From Eledone cirrhosa (taxonomy: Eukaryota), in NCBI GenBank assembly GCA_964016885.1, contig OZ024741.1, forward strand, positions 137,082,001 to 137,146,000: a stretch of DNA of 64,000 nucleotides, given 5' to 3'. Made by a program: the position numbers and the translations under genes. Position 1 is the first letter of the stretch. Every line of letters begins with the position of its first letter. The notes under the pieces are model-generated. The model did not search any database and was not told where the DNA came from. It worked only from the letters and a program-made list of their open reading frames with translations. Positions 1-17,551 of this stretch are shown here, one piece after another.

Positions 1-145
1 ACACTATAAAGTGGTTGGTATTAAGAAGGGCATCCAGCCATAGAAGACCAAGCCCAAAACAGATTGTGTGAGCAAATCGTGGTCATTTGATCTGTCTATT
101 ATTATAATGTGACAGCCTGTCTAACTCATGGAAAACAGACATTAA

Positions 146-352
146 CCCTTTAGCATTTACATTACTCTATATTTGCTGTTGTATTTTCACGGTAAACACT
201 TTATTTCACATAATATTGAATCTACGAGATTTTGATATTATTTATTTTGAGAACAATACGTTTAATACATATGAGCAGTTGGTTATAACCTGTTTGAATA
301 GAAAGAGGTGAGAGAATTCTGGTTGGATATGGCTGGTATAAATGTTAAAGGG
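146..352. mobile_element. piggyBac-type MITE (non-autonomous)
   Basis: TTAA|CCCTTTAGCATTT at left and AAATGTTAAAGGG|TTAA at right (terminal inverted repeats, TTAA flanks). Related copies at ~986-1203 (opposite orientation) and ~1255-1447. Confidence 0.7.
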
Positions 353-424
353 TTAAATAGAGATGATGATGATGACCAAATTATTGTGTGGACTAATTGG
401 CCGTTGATTTGCTGAATTATTATA

Positions 425-800
425 GTGGTGGACAAAATGCTTTGTGAAATCTTTTTCAGGCTCTTTACATTCGGAGTTCAAATTCCACGAAGGTTAACTT
501 TGCCTTTCATTCTTCTAGAGTTGATAAAATAAAGTACCAGTTAAGCATTGGGGCACTTTAATCAACAACCCTCACCACACCACACCCACCCCAAACAAAA
601 AAAAAATTACTGGCCTTGTGCCTAAATTAGAAACAATTATTGTGTGGGCTGTAGATGATGGGGAGCTGGCAGAGGCACTATGGCATTTGATAGAATATCT
701 TGAGATATTTGTGCTGGCTACATGTATTCTGAGTTCAAGTCCTGCTAAAGTTGACTCTTTCGTCCTGGGGCGGGGAGGGAATAAAATAAAGTATCAGTTT
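425..800 (+). mobile_element. two tRNA-derived SINE-like copies
   Basis: B-box-like GAGTTCAAATTCC, then ttgcctttcat...gataaaataaagtaccagt...ggccttgtgcctaaattagaaac. The same family recurs at ~2495-2720, 9935-10040, 10410-10605, 54290-54465(-) and 59675-59825(-). Confidence 0.65.
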
Positions 801-985
801 ATGATGGTGGATTCGAGGAATTGTAAGAAGCGTCACATGAAATACCTTGTGGTATTTGTTCTAAGTGCTTTGGCATGTGTGGTGAGCTTTTTCATACGTA
901 GACGACAAGTTGAGTTGTACTTGTACTTCAAAAGGTTGGTCTTGCTACACTGTACCATGCTGAATCTCCCTGGCAACTACAGTGA

Positions 986-1447
986 CTCTTTAGCATTTAA
1001 ACCGGTCGTATCCAGCTAGAATTCTCTCACTTTTTCTGTTCAAATTGGCTGTAACTGGCTGCTCATACTGTTAAGGTAATTGTTCTCAAAATGAGTAATA
1101 TCAAAATCTCATAGATTCGATATTATGTGAGATAATTATGTAAAATAAAGTGTTAACTATGAAAATACAATAATAAATATAGAGTAGTGTAAATGTTAAA
1201 GGGTTAAGGTTACATGTGTTGTTGGCATACTCAGCCACTTGCAAATTACTTTAACTCTTTAGCATTTACATTACTCTATATTTACTATTGTATTTTCATG
1301 GTAATGACTTTACCTCACATAATATAGAATCTACGAGATTTTGATATTATTTATTTTGAGAACAATACCTTAACATAAGTATGAGCAGCCGGTTACAGCC
1401 AGTTTTAACAGAAAGAGGTAAGAGAATTCTAGCCAGTTTAAATGCTA
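986..1447. mobile_element. two further copies of the piggyBac-type MITE (~986-1203 and ~1255-1447)
   Basis: Share CTCTTTAGCATTT / AAATGTTAAAGGGTTAA ends and internal sequence (gaatctacgagattttgatatt) with 146-352. Confidence 0.6.
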
Positions 1448-1605
1448 TCGACTGGAGCACTTGTCACAAGAAATGATGGAGGTCCAATGTGGTATACACT
1501 TGTCTCAAATATATTATCTTGTGTAGAAAAACTTTATTTTATTTTCAGTTTCCAGAGAACTAATATTCTTTTTTTTGATTATTTTTCTTTTAATTTTATT
1601 TCTAG

Positions 1606-1648
1606 ATCTTTTGTCCCTGATCAATACCTTATCAACAAACCAATCAAA
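1606..1648 (+). CDS. candidate host coding exon (SFVPDQYLINKPIK)
   Basis: Long polypyrimidine tract + TAG acceptor; GTATGA donor; open frame ending in phase 0. Confidence 0.4.
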
Positions 1649-2020
1649 GTATGATGAAACAGAGATCTTAGCTTTGAGGCAGGACTATGGTTTAAAGTAG
1701 TAGATATTGCTGTTTGTATCCCATTGGGCTTCAGGCGTTTCTTCCCTAAATGGTTTCTTATTCCCACCTTCCCCTCATGCCTCTCTCCTTTTTTCTCCTT
1801 CCTTCCTTTCACCCTCTCTTTGCCTATTCACCTTGCCCTTATCTTTCTTTCCTATCTCACTAATGTTTATTTAGTGTGATCTCTCTCTCTTTTTCTTTCT
1901 ATATATATATAAATATATATATCTTATATTGTATACATTTTATATATATATATATGAAATAAATGTTAAGACAAGTTACATAATCATATTTATTAGTTAT
2001 ACGTATTTCTGTGACACCAG

Positions 2021-2106
2021 CATGGAGCTGTTGTGCAAGTTGTGCAATCGTTACAACAGCAACCTGCATCAGTGTGGCGTCATCAGATGTTAACACAATT
2101 ATGTGG
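2021..2106 (+). CDS. candidate host coding exon (HGAVVQVVQSLQQQPASVWRHQMLTQLCG)
   Basis: CAG acceptor, GTAGGT donor, higher GC than flanks; phase 0 start matches the previous exon, phase 2 end. Confidence 0.45.
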
Positions 2107-2494
2107 GTAGGTCGATATGTTGTTGGCTAACGTGACGATGTTTGCGAAGGTCCAGAGAAGATATGACTATATATATACATATATATATGTATATATATGT
2201 ATATATATATATATATATATTTGTCTTTGCTAGTGTACAGAATAATATATTTATAAAGTATAATTGTCTGAAGTCAAAATAAAACACTTTTTATCACTTG
2301 GTTAAAAATATTGTAATAGAACATTGTTTAAATTTAAATCTCGTGCTTTTGTCTTTCATGAGACTTAATCAAGATATGAATTCATATCTTGATAAGTGTC
2401 ATGAAAGATGAAAAAAGGCACTTGATTAAGATTATACTAAATATTTTATCACGCTTTTTAATTTGAGTGAAAGTATTTTATTATTTCTTCTGAC

Positions 2495-2720
2495 AAGGGC
2501 AGTGGATTGGCAGTATCAGTAGAGTGTTGGACAACATGCTTCACGGCATAGAGTTACGGCCCTTTGCGTTCTGAGTTCAAATCCTGCCAAGGTTAGCTTT
2601 GCCTTTCATCTTTACAAGGGTCGATAAAATAAAGTACCAGTAATGCACTGGGGATGATTTAATCGACTTTCTCCTCCTTTAAAATTGTTGGCCTTGTGCT
2701 TAATTCAGAAACAATAATTT
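2495..2720 (+). mobile_element. tRNA-derived SINE-like copy
   Basis: A-box-like TGGCAGTATCAGTAGAG, B-box-like GAGTTCAAATCC, same body as 425-640. Confidence 0.65.
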
Positions 2721-2806
2721 CTTCTGACAATTATACTTTATATATGTATTGTTTTTTTTTTCCAACATTTTATACTTTGCCTTCCTTGATGTTTGCTTCC
2801 ACTCAG

Positions 2807-2828
2807 GATTCTACTACTGGAGACATAA
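2807..2828 (+). CDS. candidate terminal coding exon (ILLLET-stop)
   Basis: Pyrimidine tract + CAG acceptor; phase 2 start matches the previous exon; TAA at 2826-2828; AATAAA near 3049. Confidence 0.35.
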
Positions 2829-3654
2829 AACAGAGCCAATCATCAGATCAAATCTGACCAGAGAATCAATGTTTCCTCATTGCTCTATCTATTGCTGATA
2901 TTATCTGTCAGCTGTAACTCCTGGCAAGATAGAAACTTTTATTGTATCAAACTTCCACAAAGTCTTGTTTTCTCTTTCTTCCTCTCTGTCTATATGTCTT
3001 TCTCTGTGTCTATTTGTCATATTGATTGATTATTGATTATATATAAGTAAATAAATTGAAATCTACCTGTACTATTGTATAATTCTCTATTAGTCATATG
3101 TAAATTTTGTGATTCTTTTAAAACCCCAGGGCAGCTTTGTTTAAACAGACATATGCTCAAAAGTATTCCAGCTATACTGTTTTGGTTTATTTATGACTAA
3201 GTTAATGCTTTTGATACCAAATCACTTGAAACCAGCCCTAGTTCTACAGTACAAAATTGTTTTAAAGTGTTTGTTTACAAACCTTCCATCATAATTTTAT
3301 GCAGAAAGTTATGTTCCAAACTCCAGCTTAATAATGAGAAAGTAAGTTATATTACTAAATCCTTAAACATATCTTTGATTATTCTAATTAGAAAGGGCTG
3401 TACAATGTACCCTTCTTTTTCAGGATGGTAGCATGTGATTCGAGGGAATTTGGCTGCTATTTTTAGAAGGTCGAACGACTACATTGTCTCTCTTTCTGGT
3501 TTGATGTAAAGGATGCTGCTATGGTGTGTGGCATTCACAGTATTCTTATATTTTTTTAGTGGTTTTAGTCATTTGATTGTGGCCATGCTAGAGGACTTAA
3601 TTTATTGGTCTCTTTGTTGAACTGCTAAATCACAGCTAGCATTGCCCACAACAG

Positions 3655-3943
3655 GACAACTTGTCTAACCCATGCTAGCGTGGAAAATAAACGTAAAACG
3701 GTGATGGTGATGATATGTACACGCAAATATATATATATATATCACGATATATGTGTATGTTATGTTGGTACAACAAAACATGCAGCACACAGTAAATGTG
3801 GTTGGCACTAGGAAGGGAATCCAACCAGAAACAGTCCTATATGCGGGAGACACGGTTACCCGACCAAACTTGCCTCTAAATGGGACAAACCCGCCTAACC
3901 CATGCTAGCATGGAAGATAGTCGTTAAACGAGAGTGATGATGA
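3655..3943 (+). mobile_element. short elements ending in an RTE-type 3' tail (two copies)
   Basis: aacccatgctagc(g/a)tggaa...cg(t/a)aaacg..(TGA)n and aggaagggaatcca match the 3' UTR of the RTE copies at 7888 and 22293. Similar pieces at 10-145 and 9795-9920. Confidence 0.6.
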
Positions 3944-4788
3944 AACACAGACATAGATACAAACGTAAACATAGATATGGACACACACAAATACACACAC
4001 ACGTGTGTGTGTATAGAACAATGAAAACAAAACAGTCGGAGATAGATACTTAAACTAATTAACTACCTCTCTCTGACTTTTGTTTTGTTTTCATTGTTCT
4101 ATACACACATACACACACACATATATATAAATGACTCTGTAACCTGAGCAAATTCTCCTTCAAGGAAACCATAAGTGGTGACCACCTACTACAAAAACTA
4201 CTGGACATACCGCCTAATGTTGCTGTAACTATCTTTCCAAAGACACATTGAGTTCTAACAAAATTATCAGCCCCACCACAAGCAGGTGGAATACGATATA
4301 TATATATATATATATTTGGGAGGACCCTTCAGTTGTGTCAAAGACATGACAACCTCGCCTGTGCACTCGGTAGATTGTGAGACTGTACATAAGTGAGATG
4401 GCTTGTAAGGGGGATTAGAAGGACCGCTTCAGTATTAACTTGGTCTATGTAGACCTGTTCAACCCTTGTTAGCAGGAAAGCAGCCGTTAAAACAATGACT
4501 ATACATATATATATATGCATATATATATATATATATAATATATATATTTCATTTAAATTATTGATTTATTGATATTTTATTTGAGTGACCCGAATCTTCC
4601 TGGTCGTTCTTTTTCGGCTGCACGGGTTATTTTAGGCATAATCTCTATGTGTTGGTAATTTAACGATAGTTATAGCTCTGATTTATCCAAATTATTGAGC
4701 CCTCTGCCACTCATATCGGATATTGTTTATCGTTAATTCGTGAGCTGATTTTCCGATACTCGATTATTCTATTATAATATATATATAT

Positions 4789-7700
4789 ATGAAGACGTCG
4801 CATCTCAGAGTTGCAACACTTAATGTTGGCACTCTCAGAGGTAGATCTGCTGAAATAGCGGAGATGCTGGAGAGAAGGCAGGTGGATGTGTGCTGCGTGC
4901 AAGAGGTGAGATGGAGAGGTGCCTCTGCGAGACTAGTCGTAGGCAAGCGTCTTAGCTATAAGCTATTCTGGGTAGGTAAGGATGATGGGTTAGGGGGAGT
5001 AGGCATTTTCCTGGCTGAGAAATGGATCAATAAGACAATAGAGGTAGTTCGAGTTAGTAATCGAATAATTAAGCTTAGATTAGTTGTAGGTAGGAGACTA
5101 CTGACAATCATCTCGGTCTATGCTCCCCAAGCAGGCCTAGGCAAAGATGAGAAAGACTGCTTTTATGAGCAACTCTTGCAAACAACCACAATGACAGAGG
5201 ACGGAGACATCGTTATGCTAGCAGGAGACTTCAATGGTCATGTTGGACAGCTCCAGGATGGTTACACTGGGGTACATGGTGGGCACGGTTACGGTTCAAG
5301 AAATGAAGAAGGAGTGAGACTTCTTGAATTTTGTGATGCAAGTACATTGACTATTTGCAACACAAACTTCCAGAAACCTGCCAATCACCTAATAACCTAC
5401 AAATCTGGTGAGCACATAAGCCAGATTGACTTCCTGCTAGTTAGGCAGCGGGACAGGCAGATAGTGTCTAATACCAAGGCATACCCTGGGGAAGAATGTA
5501 CCCCACAGCATAGGTTAGTTAGTGATATCTCAGTAAGCAAGAGATGGAATGAGACATATAGGAAGGTGTGGAGAAGAAAGGTCTGGAAGCTAAAAGACCT
5601 TTCACTAAAATTCAAATTTAGGAAAGCCCTTCAAGATGTATATGACGAAAAAGAAGACGATTTAGAGACGTATGACATAGATAATAACTGGAAGTTCTTA
5701 CGTGACAACTTGCTGCAGGCTACTGATGAAACCTGTGGCTGGAGCAGAGCTCCAACCAGACAGAGAGTGACCTGGTGGTGGAACAGCACAGTAGATAAGG
5801 CTATTAGAGACAAAAGACTAGCATGGAAGGCTTGGAAAAAGGGTGGGAGTAGGGAAGAATATACAGCCACTAAGAGAGAAGCTAGACGTCAGGTGTACTT
5901 AGCACGCAGGGAGGCAGAGAGTAGGAAGTTTGCCAATGTTCTGCGACGGGAAGATCAGAGGCGTGCGGTGTTCCACATTGCAAGGCAGTGTGTCAATGCA
6001 AATCAGGATGTTGTTGGTGATAAATGTGTCCGGGATGATGCCGGTGTACTTAGTGTCACGAATGACCAGAAAAAGGAGGCCTGGAAATGTCATTATGAGA
6101 GACTGATGAATGTGGAGAACGAATGGGAGAGAGAGAAATTACCCTTGGTAGATCCGACAGAGAGACCAGCTATTGAGATTGACGAATATAGGGTCCAAGA
6201 GGCGATTAGGGAAATGAAAAATGGTAAGGCGGCCGGACCATCGGGAATAGTTGCTGAGATGCTGAAGGCATCAGGGGACGTAGGCACTAAACTGGTTGCA
6301 CGCATCATCAATCAGGCTATATATGGTGGTGTCATACCCAAAGACTGGTGCAGCAGTATTCTCATAAATTGCTACAAAGGTAAAGGGGATGCTTTGGAGA
6401 GGAGCAATTATAGGGGTATAAAGCTGATAGATCAGGTTATGAAAGTGGCAGAAAGGATTTTAGCACAACTAATTAGAGAAAGGGTCAAACTAGATGAGAT
6501 GCAGTTTGGTTTTGTGCCTGGGAAGAGTACAACAGATGCCCTCTTCTTGGTGAGACAAATGCAAGAGAGGTTCTTAGAGAAGAATAAGCCACTATACTTA
6601 GCCTTTGTTGACCTAGAGAAGGCCTTTGATAGGGTACCCCGATCTGTCATCTGGTGGTCCCTAAGGAAGCTGGGTGTTGAGGAATGGCTTGTGAGGACAG
6701 TGCAAACTTTGTACAGAGGTACTCTCAGTAAAGTCAGGGTAGGAATGGAGTTTAGTGAGGAATTCCAGATACAAGTAGGAGTACATCAGGGTTCGGTCCT
6801 CAGCCCGCTCTTGTTCATTATAGTCCTCCAAGCCATAACAGAGGAGTTTAAGACTGGCTGTCCATGGGAACTCCTCTATGCTGACGATCTGGCTCTTATG
6901 GCAGAATCAGTAGAGGAGCTAGAGAATAAATTCCGGCTATGGAAACAGCAGTTGGAAGCAAGAGGACTGAGAGTAAATCTAGCTAAGACAAAAGTGTTGA
7001 TGAGTAGAAAAGAGGACAAAACCCTGATTCCGTCAGGGAAATGGCCATGTTCGATATGCAGAAAAGGAACTGGCATAAATTCTATAAAATGCACACAATA
7101 CAGGTCCTGGGTACACAAGAGATGTAGCGGGATAGCAGGCAAACTAACAGGTAGGGAGAAATATGTATGCAGTAGATGTACAGGGAAATTAGACAGTAGA
7201 AGTCGCACTGATAGACACATTTTTCAAATGCGAGAGGGCGCTATAGAAGTGGTGGATAGCTTCCGGTACCTAGGAGATCAGATTAGCATGGGAGGAGGGT
7301 GTTCCGAGGCCATAGTATCTAGAATAAGGACGGGTTGGAAGAAGTTTAGGGAGCTGCTTCCTCTGTTGATGAAGAAGGGTTTCTCCCTGCGTACGAAAGG
7401 CCGGTTGTATGATGCCTGTGTGAGGAGCGCGATGCTGCATGGTAGTGAGACATGGGCAGCAACCGCAGAGGATATGCGACGGCTGGAGAGAAATGAGGCA
7501 AGCATGCTCCGTTGGATGTGCAGTGTAAATGTGCGTGAACGACCCAGCATAAATGTGTTGAGAGAGAAACTGTGTCTGAGAGGGATAGAATGTAGTGTAC
7601 GGGAGAGGAGACTGAGGTGGTATGGACATGTGATGCGCATGGAGAATGACCGATGGGTGAAGAAGTGCCAGGAAATGCCAGTTGAGGGAAGACGTGGTAG

Positions 7701-7854
7701 AGGTAGACCACGAAAAACATGGGCGGAGGTGGTGAGAACAGACCTCAGATCATTGAAGTTCACGGTGGAGATGACGAGGGACCGTGACGAGTGGAGAGAT
7801 GCTGTGCTGAATAAGACCCGTCCCACCCTTGCAAGCAGGGAAAAGCGGACGTAA
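4789..7854 (+). CDS. RTE-clade LINE ORF: AP endonuclease + reverse transcriptase + PHD-like Cys/His finger
   Basis: APE motifs (ATLNVGTL, VQEVRW, GDFNGHVG, QIDF, QHRLV); RT motifs ([20 protein letters not shown]); CSIC...C..Y..WVHKRC...CSRC; RTE C-terminus RLRWYGHV..RGRPRKTW. Open for 1021 aa. Confidence 0.95.
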   Translation: MKTSHLRVATLNVGTLRGRSAEIAEMLERRQVDVCCVQEVRWRGASARLVVGKRLSYKLFWVGKDDGLGGVGIFLAEKWINKTIEVVRVSNRIIKLRLVVGRRLLTIISVYAPQAGLGKDEKDCFYEQLLQTTTMTEDGDIVMLAGDFNGHVGQLQDGYTGVHGGHGYGSRNEEGVRLLEFCDASTLTICNTNFQKPANHLITYKSGEHISQIDFLLVRQRDRQIVSNTKAYPGEECTPQHRLVSDISVSKRWNETYRKVWRRKVWKLKDLSLKFKFRKALQDVYDEKEDDLETYDIDNNWKFLRDNLLQATDETCGWSRAPTRQRVTWWWNSTVDKAIRDKRLAWKAWKKGGSREEYTATKREARRQVYLARREAESRKFANVLRREDQRRAVFHIARQCVNANQDVVGDKCVRDDAGVLSVTNDQKKEAWKCHYERLMNVENEWEREKLPLVDPTERPAIEIDEYRVQEAIREMKNGKAAGPSGIVAEMLKASGDVGTKLVARIINQAIYGGVIPKDWCSSILINCYKGKGDALERSNYRGIKLIDQVMKVAERILAQLIRERVKLDEMQFGFVPGKSTTDALFLVRQMQERFLEKNKPLYLAFVDLEKAFDRVPRSVIWWSLRKLGVEEWLVRTVQTLYRGTLSKVRVGMEFSEEFQIQVGVHQGSVLSPLLFIIVLQAITEEFKTGCPWELLYADDLALMAESVEELENKFRLWKQQLEARGLRVNLAKTKVLMSRKEDKTLIPSGKWPCSICRKGTGINSIKCTQYRSWVHKRCSGIAGKLTGREKYVCSRCTGKLDSRSRTDRHIFQMREGAIEVVDSFRYLGDQISMGGGCSEAIVSRIRTGWKKFRELLPLLMKKGFSLRTKGRLYDACVRSAMLHGSETWAATAEDMRRLERNEASMLRWMCSVNVRERPSINVLREKLCLRGIECSVRERRLRWYGHVMRMENDRWVKKCQEMPVEGRRGRGRPRKTWAEVVRTDLRSLKFTVEMTRDRDEWRDAVLNKTRPTLASREKRT

Positions 7855-7870
7855 AATGATGATGATGATG
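4790..7870 (+). mobile_element. RTE LINE lacking its 5' UTR, inserted in (TA)n
   Basis: Starts directly out of a TA tract; ends with aaagcggacgtaaaa(TGA)n followed by TA. Confidence 0.9.
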
Positions 7871-7887
7871 ATATATATATATATATA

Positions 7888-9043
7888 TCATCATCATCAT
7901 CATCATCATCGTTTAACGTCCATGTTCCACGCTTGCATGGGTTTGGACGGGAGTTTTCCCACTTGAGGCAAGAGTGGTTGTCTTGCTCGCATAGGACTGT
8001 CTGGCGGGTTTTCTACAGTTGGATGCCCTTCCTAACACCAACCACATTTACAGTGTGGGGCTGGGAGGTTTTTACCGTGTTGCCTACACGGCCACATTAC
8101 AGCGTGGACTGTCTGGCGGGTTTTCTACAACTGGATGCCCTTCCTAACACCAACCACATTTACAGTGTGGGGCTGGGAGGTTTTTACCGTGTTGCCTACA
8201 CGGCCACATTTACAGCGTGGACTCTGTGTTTTTTTTTGTCGTGACACCTACACGATCTCATTTGTTTTGGCCTGGATTTTGTGGCACCAACATAACTTTA
8301 CATTGAAAGGGGCGGTGTGGATAGGGTGGGGGTGGTGGGACGGGGGTGTATTTTGTTAGAGATGCCTACTGACTGTAGTAGGTTTTACTTTGTATTTAGG
8401 TAAGGCGGGTCTTCTCTATTACTGAGTACCGCCAAAGGTCTCGGTCCAGTGACATTGTCTTGGCAAGGTGTAAGTGTGTGAGGTCGGAATTTATCAGCTC
8501 GTCCCAGGTTTTTCTGGGTCTGCCTACTCCGTGGCTACCGTCTATCTTTATTGCCCTGCACTTTGCTATACAGCTGTCGTCTTTCATGCGCATCACGTGA
8601 CCATACCAACGTAGCCTTCTCTCGAATAAACAACATCTGATCCCTCTTATTTCTAATTTTTTCCTCAGTTCGTTTATGCTTTGCCGTTCGCGTATATTGC
8701 TATTACACATCCAGCGGAGCATGCAAGCTTCGTTCCTCTCTAGTCTGCGTATATCCTCTGCACACAAAGCCCAGGTCTCACTGCCATGCAACATTGCTGT
8801 TCGTATGCAGGCCTCATACAACCTGTCTTTCATTTTTAGGGAGAACCCTTTAGCGGCTAATAGTGGTATAAGCTCTCTGAACTTTTTCCATCCAGTTCTG
8901 ACTCTAGCTACTGTACTTTCAGAGCACCCTCCCCCACTGCTGATTTTGTCACCCAGGTAACGGAAGCTGTCCACTATTTCTATAGAACCCTCTGCGCAAT
9001 TGAAAGAGCTAGTATTTTGTGGGCACTTGCTGCTATTTATTGC
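7888..9043 (-). mobile_element. 5'-truncated RTE LINE (second family), tail-to-tail with the upstream RTE
   Basis: ORF 8396-9043 encodes the RTE C-terminus (FRYLGD, LHGSETW, RLRWYGHV); ~500-bp 3' UTR; (TGA)n tail; near-identical to 22293-23922. Confidence 0.92.
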
Positions 9044-9061
9044 AATGTATATATATATATA

Positions 9062-9700
9062 CACTTGGGGAGGGTCATATTGTAATAATATTGCCAGAAT
9101 TAATAACAGGACACACTCACTGTTTGGTTAGTTTTTGCTTCTGTATCTTTTATATCGGTTAATTCATTCGGTCATATGTTTACCATTGACTGACCAACGG
9201 TCAAAAGTACAGATATAATATAGACACAAACACATATATATAGTCTAACAAAGTTCTTTCGTTGTACATCTGCAACATCGTCAGTGGTGCTACGTCAGTG
9301 GTGCTATTATGTTCGTCCTGTTGTATTGTATATCTACGGCATTTTTATTTTATAAATAAATAAATAAACAGATTAAATAAAGATGGCGTAGACATGCAAT
9401 ACAACAGGAGGAACATAATAGCACCACTGACGATGTTGCAGATGTGCAACGAAAGAACTTTGTTAGACTATACATATGAGTTTGTGTCTATATTATATCT
9501 GTATTTTTGACCGTTGGTCAGTCAATGGTAAACATTGAGGACCGAATGAATTAACTGATATAAAAGATACAGAAGCGAAAGCCAACCAAACAGTGAGTGG
9601 ATCCTGTTATTAATTCTGGCAATATTATTACAACAATATGACCCTCCCCAAGTATAACTATTTGTTTCGACACACGATTTCATATCAAAAACCTCACAAA
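9062..9700. mobile_element. fold-back (inverted) pair of PLE pseudo-LTRs
   Basis: Arms ~9062-9350 and ~9372-9655 are reverse complements. The same sequence follows the GIY-YIG fragment at 44215-44515 and recurs at 45320-45775. Confidence 0.8.
9420..9464 (+). ncRNA. minimal type I hammerhead-like motif (mirror copy 9247-9290 on minus)
   Basis: CTGACGA t GTTGCA gatg TGCAAC GAAA gaac TT; stem I is weak. Confidence 0.6.
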
Positions 9701-11118
9701 ATATATATATATATATATAGGAACTTAAACACAGTTATGTAAATAAAATTTTTTATTATTCTGCATCATTACCAATCCAGTACACCCTGTAAGGAGGTTG
9801 GTGTTAGGAAGGGCATCCAGCTAAGTATAGAAATGTAGGAGTAAGATGTAGTTACCTGACCAATTTAGTCTTAGAATGTGGCAATGCATCCAACCCATGC
9901 AAACATGAAAAGTGAACATTATTTAACATCTGTTTCAAGGTTAACTTTGCCTTTCATCCTTACGGGGGTCGATAAAATAAAGTACCAGTAATACACTGGG
10001 ATAATTGCTGGCCTTGTGCCAAAAGTAGAAACAATTATTTAACATGTTTTTCCTGCTACATATATTCCATCTCCCAAATTTCACTCGCAAAGCTATATTG
10101 GAAGACATTTATTCAAGGTGCTGTGAAGCAGGAGTGATCCTCAAACAATTTGTCTGCAAAAAAAAATCCTTAATCACATGGCCATATCTAATAGAAGTTT
10201 TGTAAGGGGTAACTTAATACAGGTGGATCTTAGACATTCTGAAATGTTTTACTATACTAAATCTTCAATCTTGTATTAAATTAATAACCATGACATATCA
10301 GTTGGGCCATAAAGATTCAAAGCCATAAATTGAATTGAGTTTAGAAAAAAGTTAACAACATTCTTGTTTTGTATGTATTTTTATTTATAATAATTTATAC
10401 AGCTTCAAAGTTGGCAAATTGGCAGAACTGGTAGAGTGTCAGATAAAATGCCATTGCAGTATTTGTTCTGAATCTTTACATTTGGAATTCTAATCCCACT
10501 GAGGTCAACCTTGATTTTCATACTTCTGGGGTCGGTAAAATAAAGTACCAGTGAAATGCTGCCCTTTCGCCAAATTTGTTGGTCTTATGCCTAAATTAGA
10601 AATTAATTTATACTCTTCCAATAGTTTGAATTACTCTTTTTATGTAATACTCAGAAGAGGTTGAAGTTGTAAACAGTGTGATTAACTAAATACACAAAAA
10701 TTCCTATTCAAGTATCGAGTTGATAAGGAAAATACTAGTGCAGTACAAGGGTCGATTATTTCTGTATATTTCTATGTCTGTCTGATAGTCTCTCTCTCTT
10801 GCACACAAGAAAAAATCAGCTTTGTTCACACTTGAAATTGAACTCAACTTAAAGAAGTAACACAAATGAATCAATACCGAAAATCCACAGGTTTAAACTC
10901 TACTATAAAAAAACAAGCAGCATTTAACGATGACAACTATAATTACATCTCAGCAGAATCGTAATAGTAAAAGTTACCTCCCTTGAAAATTTATTTTTTG
11001 GCGGGATTTTGTCACTAAATCATTTTTTATTGTACCATGGTAATGATGGATCCTCGGTCTGTTTCACCGATGAGCATTCAATTATTCGACCAACTGAATG
11101 TTCAGCTCATAAGTTAAC

Positions 11119-11445
11119 GTGCAAGTGGCTGAGTGGTTAGAGCGTTGGGCTTACAATTGTGAGGTTATGAGTTCGATTGTTTGGACGAAAAGTGCAGACA
11201 CTGTCACATTGCACCAGTTCAATCAATTGTTGAAATTAGTTGCGACGTCTCTGGTGCCAAGCTGTATCGACCTTTGTCTTCCCCTTGGAAAACATCAGTG
11301 GCGTGAAGAGAAGAGAATTGTACGCACTAGCAACTGCCGGTCTTCCACAAAAACACCTTTCCCAGAGATGAGCCTCTGAGGCGAAAACTTTCCGGGTGCA
11401 AATTCCATGATTATTCGTGACCGAAGTGGGATTTTACTCTTTCTT
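11119..11445 (+). mobile_element. tRNA-derived SINE-like element
   Basis: A box TGGCTGAGTGG and B box GAGTTCGATT at tRNA spacing, followed by a non-tRNA body. End coordinate approximate. Confidence 0.5.
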
Positions 11446-11760
11446 CCGCATTCATACATACACATCCCACGCATTGAACATAAATCTCCCAGCCGAATCA
11501 GTGTGACAATATTGCTTAAATGAAATACAGTTAAGCAAACGGGTTTTTATGGTGTCATCGTTTACCGAATTCGGCTCACAAGGTATGGGGCAACATTTAG
11601 CTATGGCAAACGAAGGTTGCGTAAGCGGGTATACAATGGTATCGAACCCAGAAACTTATAAATGGATAAATGGGAAGCGAACTTCTTAACTATTCGGATA
11701 TGTAGCGTATAAGTGATCTACTGAGGTATTTGCATGCTTTTACGTATAGGGACAGGCTAA

Positions 11761-14771
<3,011 letters not shown>

Positions 14772-15280
14772 CACAATAAATTAACGGAGGCATAGGCCGT
14801 CGTTATTCCCTTGTAAATAATGTGCTCAAAGGGGAAGAGATCCTGAGCCCTTTAAAATATAATATGTTGAGAAGGTAACACACCAGAGAGAGATATATAG
14901 TGCGTTATCAATAATACAGGGAAAAAACCACCAGTGTATGGAATCTATAACCTATGAAAGGCAGACTATAGACACGATAATTAAAAATATAAATTAAAGC
15001 GTAAATAAATACCTCTATAACTATATAACACACGTACAAATCCAAAGATATGTTTCACCAGAAAATTTGTTGAAAGAAAAAAACTCTTCTCTGAGTGGCT
15101 TTGGGCTGCCCTTTCTAGCAGTTCGTCTCTCAGAGGCCACTGGTTCACTGCCCTTAAACACGCTGTGCCTTCTCTCTCCCACGTGTAGCTGGACAGTCAA
15201 TTGTAAAATTCTCTTAGTGTTGTCTGAAATGTATAGCCTTACACACGCTGATGAACCGAGACTACCATTTCTTTCAACAA

Positions 15281-17489
<2,209 letters not shown>

Positions 17490-17508
17490 TATACATATAT
17501 ATATATAC

Positions 17509-17551
<43 letters not shown>

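Noticed and set aside
618-1019. 133-aa ORF
   Set aside because: Spans SINE and MITE sequence with no recognisable protein motif.
11362-11395. GATGA-GCCTC/GAGGC-GAAA hammerhead-like motif
   Set aside because: Lacks C3-U4 and a convincing stem I or III.
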